The notes beneath the pieces are model-generated. The model did not search any database. It had not been told where the DNA came from and saw only the letters and a program-made list of their open reading frames with translations. 25,524 nucleotides of DNA. Source: an uncultured Bacteroidia bacterium. GTDB lineage: Bacteria; Bacteroidota; Bacteroidia; JANWVE01. The number at the start of each line of letters is the position of its first letter. The first letter of the stretch is position 1. The translations under genes and the position numbers were made by a program. This document shows, in pieces, positions 9,801 through 15,574 of this stretch. The stretch is from the NCBI GenBank assembly GCA_938016205.1, contig CALLWV010000088.1:1-25524 (forward strand), written 5' to 3'.

Positions 9801-10057
9801 GTATCAGGGGAATTATTAGTATAAATAAGAGTTTCTGAACCTTGAATAATATCAGTTTGGTCATCTAATTCGGCATCAATGGTATAGGCTACATCTTGTT
9901 GCCAATAACTTGGATAAGGGGGTTTGTTTTTCCAATAATAAGGATTTTTTTGGCTGTCGTATTTATGAGCAGGATTAGTGTTATCAAACTGTGCGTGAGT
10001 ATAACGGCACAGCCCCAAAAGCAAGATAAAAAAGATAAAGTGCTTCATGAAGCACAA
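6803..10057 (-). CDS. Secreted M1-family zinc metallopeptidase (aminopeptidase N-like) with a long C-terminal extension
   Basis: 1084 aa. The signal peptide is (MCF)MKHFIFFILLLGLC. 'FAHEVGHNWFFGMIGSNETYRPMLDEGF' gives HEXXH followed by E exactly 18 residues later, the gluzincin M1 signature. The upstream 'DGMEYPMLT' is the GxMEN exopeptidase motif. The C-terminal ~450 aa are unassigned and end in ...FRWIIGIGRCF. Confidence 0.8.
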   Translation of the reverse strand: MCFMKHFIFFILLLGLCRYTHAQFDNTNPAHKYDSQKNPYYWKNKPPYPSYWQQDVAYTIDAELDDQTDIIQGSETLIYTNNSPDTLKVAYFNLYQNAFNPHSDLHNLTINSTHIKPKYGKYEQQDKNIEVLSLKYEGNLQNTELQGTILKVFLDKPILPHSKVTFSIQFKTYFDIGSQPRRMKMFIHDGVKHYDAVHWYPRIAVYDRKFKWALDQHLNREFYGDFGSFLVNLTLPHHYIVEATGTLQNKNQVLPPDLRAALDIKNFKSATQTPISLIAPEQGKKKTWIYYATNVHDFGFTADPSYRIGEANWNGIQVIALAMQPNAPRWQDAAEFTANIIQTYSVMVGKYAYPKMVVADARDGMEYPMLTLCGGSSPTYKSLFAHEVGHNWFFGMIGSNETYRPMLDEGFTQFMEIIAMQILHGKYDIRLKYIPYVEKRYEEVEAIYSNAYYSYLWRAKNGYDIQLNTHADDFDGSLRRNGEDRGHTLVYTKTATMLFNLKYVLGDKLFWQGMQAYFKKWCIAHPYEEDFRQAMIDATKIDLNWFFDEWITTKKQIDYGIQSVKKMNNNKVKVTLVRKADMEMPLDLMFTTKKGDTLYAYIPNRDFVKPFKYPNTRVLPIWRGWGKRLNPTYTFEFELPAQLDNLVIDPEYLLADIDLRDNQLKHKNIIKFESGVYPDYPDWKHTRTYYRPDIWYNGLTGVQTGIQIKSNYFNTHLFESAIWANTTLGRFYRYGITDSTYKNKINLVSFRASYSAPIRKLDKQIYHFHHAEIRDGLWQIKEGLRKTFAAVVGSKNYTKVFAYYKIMVRPTDIDNEFLPNPNLWSNNTINSSIRIGTEKQKLTSWGLIRTNAELVVPGLVAQNNNSYFNTQILLQHNRKKFDIKWRLFGQIGMNNIAESNLYLYGANPEQEFDNQWYRAYMFPESLYVRNQGKIPAHLQLGGGLNVRGYARYFVLDENNNLITVGNTGLATNIELDFVKLLRTRWHSKVPSRLRGRIKWNPYLFYDAGYITNIIANSTYVYNNMPNTRILQDAGIGIAFTLPPPRGYQSNPFVLRLDMPFWLSYVPQGQNPFQFRWIIGIGRCF

Positions 10058-10134
10058 AAATAAGTAGAAAGAACTTTATTTTGGTTTAATAATTCTAAAA
10101 ACTGTCTGAGTCTTTGTTCCAAAGTTAGCATATA

Positions 10135-11340
10135 CTACATACACACTCTTTTGATAAAATTCAGCCATTCTTCTTGTGTTGTTTGGGGTAGCTTTGGGGA
10201 TAAAGTTAATCTATCAGGAATTTTGATATTAGGAGGAAATTTATTATCATTGATATAAGCTTGTTTAAGTTCTTTCCAATTCTCACCTAACCCGCAAGGT
10301 ACTTTATAGAGCAAATTAGAAGATATATCAAACCATTGAAGTTTATCCCACATTTTACCAAAATCTCTTGGAATTTCTGAAATTCTGTTCTGATGCAATA
10401 AACAAGAAACAAGTTTTGTCCATGTTTTGCCAAAATCATCAGGGAGTTTTACAATTCCATTAGCGTACAAATGAATTTCTCTTAAATCTGTACAATGCGC
10501 AAGCCATGCATTAGGAATAGTAGTTAGATTATTTGCAGAAAACACAAAGTATTTGAGTTTTGTCCAACTTTTAGCGAAGTTAGTATCTACTTGTGCTAGT
10601 TTAGCGTTATGTGCGGAGAAAAAAGTAAGTTCTTTCCAACTTGCACCAAAATCTTTGGGTAAAGTAAGTATATTTTTACGAGGTGCGTTATCATTGAGCG
10701 TAAAAGATTTTAAGTTTACCCAAGTACTTCCAAAACCTGTCTGTATGGAGTCTATGCGATTATCATTACAGGTAAAACTAGTTATTTTTGTCCATGTAGC
10801 TCCCAACCACTGCGGTAGATAATAGATGTACGTTTTTTTGATAGTAAATTCTTGTAACTCTGTCCAGTTTGCACCAAAATTATTAGGAATGTCGCGTAAA
10901 GTGCAGTTTTCAATATGAAATTTTTTAAGGTTTTTCCAGTTCTGTCCGAAGCCTTCGGGAAGAGAATAAATCAAAGTATAATCAAAAGTAAATTCTTCTA
11001 ATTGTGTCCAGTTTTCGCCAAATTTTTTAGGTAGACGTGTGATACGGTTGTTAAGCATTTTAAACTTTTTAAGATTTTTCCACATAGCGCCAAAATCTTC
11101 GGGTAGTTTACTAACAATGTTATTCGTAATATCTAACGTTTCTAAGTTAACACATTCTTTAAGCACAGGATACAACTTATAGGTAAATAAAGAGTCATTA
11201 ACTTCATAAAAAAACTGTAAGTGATAAACTTGTTTTGGGTCAATATCGGGGTCGCGGAGGTCGTAGTAGATTTTATCTTTCTGAGCAAAAAGGATAAAAG
11301 GAACGAAAATAAAAAATTGTATTATGATTTTCTGAATCAT
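10135..11340 (-). CDS. Secreted leucine-rich-repeat-like protein made of about eleven ~24-aa 'FGxxWxxLxxF' repeats
   Basis: 401 aa with signal peptide MIQKIIIQFFIFVPFILFAQ. The tandem repeats are visible in the translation (FGENWTQLEEFTF..., FGQNWKNLKKFHI..., FGANWTELQEFTI..., FGSTWVNLKSFTL..., FGASWKELTFFSA..., FGKTWTKLVSCLL..., FGKMWDKLQWFDI...), each followed by an N/LP-containing LRR-like half. Confidence 0.7.
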   Translation of the reverse strand: MIQKIIIQFFIFVPFILFAQKDKIYYDLRDPDIDPKQVYHLQFFYEVNDSLFTYKLYPVLKECVNLETLDITNNIVSKLPEDFGAMWKNLKKFKMLNNRITRLPKKFGENWTQLEEFTFDYTLIYSLPEGFGQNWKNLKKFHIENCTLRDIPNNFGANWTELQEFTIKKTYIYYLPQWLGATWTKITSFTCNDNRIDSIQTGFGSTWVNLKSFTLNDNAPRKNILTLPKDFGASWKELTFFSAHNAKLAQVDTNFAKSWTKLKYFVFSANNLTTIPNAWLAHCTDLREIHLYANGIVKLPDDFGKTWTKLVSCLLHQNRISEIPRDFGKMWDKLQWFDISSNLLYKVPCGLGENWKELKQAYINDNKFPPNIKIPDRLTLSPKLPQTTQEEWLNFIKRVCM

Positions 11341-11428
11341 ATCGCAAAGTTACAATAAAATGGTTCAAAAGAAGTATAAGTATTTAGGGTAAGTTAAAAC
11401 GCTTATTAGGTAGTTTATGCATAAAATC

Positions 11429-11459
11429 TTGTTAATCCACAAAATCTATCTTAACTTTG
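11429..11459 (+). promoter_or_regulatory. Candidate promoter for the M4 protease (TTG 11429-11431, 20 nt, TAACTTTG 11452-11459). The -7 box ends 4 nt before the ATG.
   Basis: Consensus -33/-7 spacing. The predicted transcription start coincides with the start codon at 11464, implying a leaderless or near-leaderless mRNA. Confidence 0.35.
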
Positions 11460-11463
11460 TGAG

Positions 11464-14400
11464 ATGAAAAAGTTAATCATTGTTTTTCTAATTTGTTTTT
11501 TATCTTGGTTTTCTATACAAGCACAAAGTTTTTATGGATTAGATGCTGAAAAAAAGATACCTAACACAAGTATTGTACATTACACTACACAACGTACACC
11601 TGCCTACATACAGGTACGTCCTGGATATAATATTTCACAACAAAATAGCATAGAATGGTTGAAAGATGCACTTAATGCTAATTCAAGATGTAGTTTTAGT
11701 CTTATTAGAAGTATTCAAGATGAATTAGGATATACTCATGAACGGTATCAACAATATTATGATGGCTTCCCCGTAGAAACTGGTATCTATATTTTGCACT
11801 TCAAAAATGGACTTTTACAGAGTGCTAACGGCGTTTTTTATGATAGTCTGCAAAGTTCATATTCGGTAAATATCAACGAAAATACAGCTCTACAAAAAGC
11901 ACTAGAATACATAGGTGCAGATAAATATATGTGGCAAATTCCTGAATTAGAACAACATTTCAAAGTAGAACAACGCAATCCTGATGCTACGTATTATCCC
12001 AAAGGACAGTTGGTGTATGCACCTAAAAATCATGTGTTCAAAGCTGAAAACTTTTATTTAGCCTATAAATTTGACATTTATGCACATCAGCCCCTTGCTC
12101 GCAAAAATGTATATGTAGATGCACGCACAGGGGAAGTTATTTTAACCCAGGATTTAATTCATACTATTGATTCCATAGCAGTTGCTCATACTAAATACAG
12201 TGGTGTACAAACTATGAAAACCAGTTTTATCAGTACAAATTTATTTCATCTTAAAGAAACCTCTCGTTGTGGTATAGAAACCTATAATTTACAAAACACG
12301 ACAAATTATGGCTCCGCGGTAGACTTTGTAGATACGGATAATGTTTGGAATAATGTTAATGCCCAACAAGATGAAGCGGCTACAGACGCACACTGGGGTG
12401 CAGAAATTACGTATGATTATTACAAGAACATACATAATCGTTTGAGTTATAATGGTGCTGATGCGCCTTTGTACAGTTATGTACATTATGGAACAAGCTA
12501 CTTAAATGCTTTTTGGGACGGCTGGCGTATGACGTATGGGGACGGTAGTGGTTCTTTCAGTGCTTTAACCTGTATAGATGTAGTCGCTCATGAACTTACG
12601 CACGGTGTTACAGGAAATAGTGCAGGTTTAATTTACTATGCAGAGTCTGGGGCTTTGAATGAGTCTTTCAGTGATATTTTTGGCAAATGCGTTGAAAAAG
12701 CCTATCGCCCAAGTAATTTCAGCTGGATAATTGGTAAAGATATGCACTCTTTCGGTACAGGCTTACGCAATATGAGTAACCCTAATGCTAACGGTAATCC
12801 TGATACTTATTATGGTACATACTGGTATTTTGGTTCGGGAGATAACGCAGGCGTACATACAAATAGTGGCGTTCAAAATTATTGGTTTTACCTATTATGT
12901 GAAGGAGGAAGCGGTGTTAATGATATAGGAAATACTTTTACTGTAAGTGCTATCGGTTTTAATAAAGCAGAGAGAATTGCATACCGTAATTTGAATGTGT
13001 ATCTAACCCCAAGTTCTAACTACGCCGAAGCACGTTTGTATTCTTTAATAGCCGCAGGAGATTTGTATGGCTATTGTAGTGCAGAATACGCAAGTGTGGC
13101 TAATGCGTGGTATGCTGTGGGAATTGGAAATGCCTATTTACCTGGTGTAGAAGCTGATTTTGAAGCTACTAATCAGAATTTTTGTTATGTACCTGTAAGT
13201 GTTCAGTTCAAAGATAAAAGTAATAATGCTTTTGTTTATAATTGGAACTTTGGGAATAGTACGACCAGCACAGCCGATAATCCTGTTGCAAATTATACGC
13301 AACCAGGTAGTTACAATGTACAACTTATCGTGGACGGCGGCTGTGGCAAAGATACTACTATCAAAACGAATTATATTCAGATTAACACTTTGGCTAATCC
13401 CACAGCAAATAATGTAGGTATCTGTCAAGGTGCAAGCGCTACAATTACAGCTAATCCTAATGGAAGTGGAGAGATATATTGGTACAACAGCATTACTAAT
13501 ACTAATCCACTATTTGTAGGAAATACATTTAATACACCATTGCTTATTTCAAATACTACCTATTACATTGCAGAAGAGGTAAAAAATCCTATACAAACAT
13601 TAGGTGCAGTAGATACTAATTTTGCTTTGGTTTCTAATACAGTGTCTCCGAACTATTACTTAATTTTTGATGTGTATAAAGATATGGTATTAGACAGTGT
13701 AACCGTATATTCCACACAGGCAGGGGACAGAACCATAGAACTACAAGATAAAAATGGCAATATCATAACTACTAAAACCGTGAATTTAGGTGTTGGTAAA
13801 CAACAGGTTTATCTTGGATTTGCTATTATGACGGGTTCAGATTATAGACTTGGCTTAGCTACAAGTTCAATGGGCAGACTGTTAAGAAATTACAATGGTA
13901 TTCCTTATCCTTATACCATTTCAGGATTAGCAAGCATCAAAAAATCCAATGTAAGTAATAATTATTTTTTCTTTTACAACTGGAAAGTAAGAGAAAGAAA
14001 TTGTACCAGTCCTCGTGTACCTGTGCAAGTAACGGTTTCTGTAAAACCTTCTACTCCTGTAATTATTCCGTCAGGAAGTGGATTAGCCGCTGTTGCTACT
14101 CCTGCTACCAGTTATCAGTGGTATTTGGCAGGTAATCCTATATCAGGTGCAACTAACAATACCTATATGCCCACTGTTACAGGTAACTACACTGTAATTG
14201 CCTATAATAATGGTTGTGCATCTAACACATCAGCAAATTATTATTATGTAGCTTCTTCTATATCTACTCAAAATATTGATTTGCCACAGTTTTATCTGTA
14301 TCCTAATCCTGCACAAGAAGAGATACATATTCATATAACAGATTACAAGGTAAAACAAGGTCATATATTTGATATGCAAGGTAAAGTCGCTCAAGAATTT

Positions 14401-14505
14401 ATTGTAAATCAAGCTGTTACAATGTTAAATGTAGGTAATTTACCCAAAGGAGTATATTTTGTAAAAATATCAGGGTATAAAACTGAAAAGTTCGTAAAAG
14501 AATAA
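11464..14505 (+). CDS. Secreted M4 (thermolysin-family) zinc metalloprotease with PKD domain and T9SS (Por) C-terminal sorting domain
   Basis: 1013 aa with signal peptide MKKLIIVFLICFLSWFSIQAQ. 'DVVAHELTHGVTGNSAGLIYYAESGALNESFSDIFG' is almost identical to the thermolysin active site (VVAHELTHAVT...GAINEAISDIFG). The HELTH codons are at 12589-12603. A PKD-like segment is 'NWNFGNSTTSTADNPVANYTQPGSYNVQLIVDGGCGKDT'. The C-terminus 'LYPNPAQEEIHIHI...GVYFVKISGYKTEKFVKE' fits the type IX secretion C-terminal domain. Confidence 0.85.
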   Translation: MKKLIIVFLICFLSWFSIQAQSFYGLDAEKKIPNTSIVHYTTQRTPAYIQVRPGYNISQQNSIEWLKDALNANSRCSFSLIRSIQDELGYTHERYQQYYDGFPVETGIYILHFKNGLLQSANGVFYDSLQSSYSVNINENTALQKALEYIGADKYMWQIPELEQHFKVEQRNPDATYYPKGQLVYAPKNHVFKAENFYLAYKFDIYAHQPLARKNVYVDARTGEVILTQDLIHTIDSIAVAHTKYSGVQTMKTSFISTNLFHLKETSRCGIETYNLQNTTNYGSAVDFVDTDNVWNNVNAQQDEAATDAHWGAEITYDYYKNIHNRLSYNGADAPLYSYVHYGTSYLNAFWDGWRMTYGDGSGSFSALTCIDVVAHELTHGVTGNSAGLIYYAESGALNESFSDIFGKCVEKAYRPSNFSWIIGKDMHSFGTGLRNMSNPNANGNPDTYYGTYWYFGSGDNAGVHTNSGVQNYWFYLLCEGGSGVNDIGNTFTVSAIGFNKAERIAYRNLNVYLTPSSNYAEARLYSLIAAGDLYGYCSAEYASVANAWYAVGIGNAYLPGVEADFEATNQNFCYVPVSVQFKDKSNNAFVYNWNFGNSTTSTADNPVANYTQPGSYNVQLIVDGGCGKDTTIKTNYIQINTLANPTANNVGICQGASATITANPNGSGEIYWYNSITNTNPLFVGNTFNTPLLISNTTYYIAEEVKNPIQTLGAVDTNFALVSNTVSPNYYLIFDVYKDMVLDSVTVYSTQAGDRTIELQDKNGNIITTKTVNLGVGKQQVYLGFAIMTGSDYRLGLATSSMGRLLRNYNGIPYPYTISGLASIKKSNVSNNYFFFYNWKVRERNCTSPRVPVQVTVSVKPSTPVIIPSGSGLAAVATPATSYQWYLAGNPISGATNNTYMPTVTGNYTVIAYNNGCASNTSANYYYVASSISTQNIDLPQFYLYPNPAQEEIHIHITDYKVKQGHIFDMQGKVAQEFIVNQAVTMLNVGNLPKGVYFVKISGYKTEKFVKE

Positions 14506-14635
14506 AGCAAATAAAACTTTTACCCAAATATATCATACTTTTGCGTATTTTGTTTGATAAAATACCTAAAATCATTTTTATCTATTTTCAGGAAATTTCT
14601 ATATTTGGACATAGGTATAATTGCTGATATAACCT

Positions 14636-15502
14636 GTGTGTATGAAAGCAATCGTAAAAAAAGTAGAAAAACTACCCCACCCGCCTTCAGCGTCAGGAAT
14701 TGAGTATGTAAATGGTTTGTATTACATTATTGGTGATGATGCTAATGCCCTTTTTGTATTAAGCGAAGACTTGAAAGTACAAAAAACTATTCCATTTGTG
14801 CGAGGTAGAGAGGTAAAAGAGCATATCCCGAAAAAAGAAAAAACAGATTTTGAATGTATGACTTTTCTGTATGTAGAGGAAGTACCCCATATTTTAGTAA
14901 TGGGTTCAGGAAGTAAGCCCCAACGTAAGATAGCTTTTTTATACAATATGATTACAGAAGAGATGCAAAAATTAGAATATAATGGCTTTTACGATAGAAT
15001 AGAAAAAGATACCCATTTTACACTAAACACTGAACTGAATGTAGAGGCACTGTGTGCTACACAAGATTATATTTATCTTTTTCAACGTGGGAATATTGCT
15101 GATAAAAACACTTTTTTACGTTTTCCTATTCAAAATATACATAAACCCAATGAATACGAAGTTTTTAACACTAAATTAGATGGTATACAACAAGGTAAAG
15201 CAGGTTTTTCAGGGGCTTGCTATGTATTAGAATGGAACAGTATTTTATTTACAGCTTCGGTAGAAATAACTAAAAATGCTTATGATGATGGAGAAGTATT
15301 AGGAAGTACAGCAGGACTTATCCAAAATCATGAAGTAAAGGCAAACACCGTAATTACCTACTCTGACGGCAAACCTTACGTTGCCAAAATTGAGTCTATC
15401 ACGATTAAAAAGATATTGAAAGCGAATACTTTGCTCGCTGTGGCAGTAACAGACGCCGATGGTAAAGAATCTGAAATAGCAGAATTAGAAATCATAATAT
15501 AA
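14636..15502 (+). CDS. Hypothetical protein immediately upstream of the vault-protein homolog, possibly a beta-propeller (phytase-like/SdiA-regulated-like) fold
   Basis: 288 aa. The start may be ATG 14642 (MKAIVKK...). 'SASGIEYVNGLYYIIGDDANALFVLSEDLKVQKTIPF' loosely recalls the E-SGL-tyd...LfavsDe...ld.dGkv repeat of YjiK/SdiA-regulated propellers. No signal peptide. It lies 72 nt upstream of the MVP homolog on the same strand. A -7-like box TATATTTG at 14600-14607 sits upstream. Confidence 0.45.
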   Translation: MCMKAIVKKVEKLPHPPSASGIEYVNGLYYIIGDDANALFVLSEDLKVQKTIPFVRGREVKEHIPKKEKTDFECMTFLYVEEVPHILVMGSGSKPQRKIAFLYNMITEEMQKLEYNGFYDRIEKDTHFTLNTELNVEALCATQDYIYLFQRGNIADKNTFLRFPIQNIHKPNEYEVFNTKLDGIQQGKAGFSGACYVLEWNSILFTASVEITKNAYDDGEVLGSTAGLIQNHEVKANTVITYSDGKPYVAKIESITIKKILKANTLLAVAVTDADGKESEIAELEIII

Positions 15503-15574
15503 AGTGTATAAAAAACACAACTATTTTGTAAAAATTACGTTAAAGTGTAAAAAATAAACTTAATCCTATAAAAT

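Noticed and set aside
14494-14523. AT-rich inverted repeat GTAAAAG...CTTTTAC overlapping the M4 protease stop
   Set aside because: Only A/T pairs with a 16-nt loop and no following T-tract. It is too weak to call a terminator.
15522-15528. Possible MVP-specific promoter (TATTTTG) in the 72-nt gap upstream of the MVP gene
   Set aside because: It is one T short of the TAnnTTTG consensus and no -33 TTG sits at proper spacing. Co-transcription with the upstream gene from the ~14600 promoter is more parsimonious.
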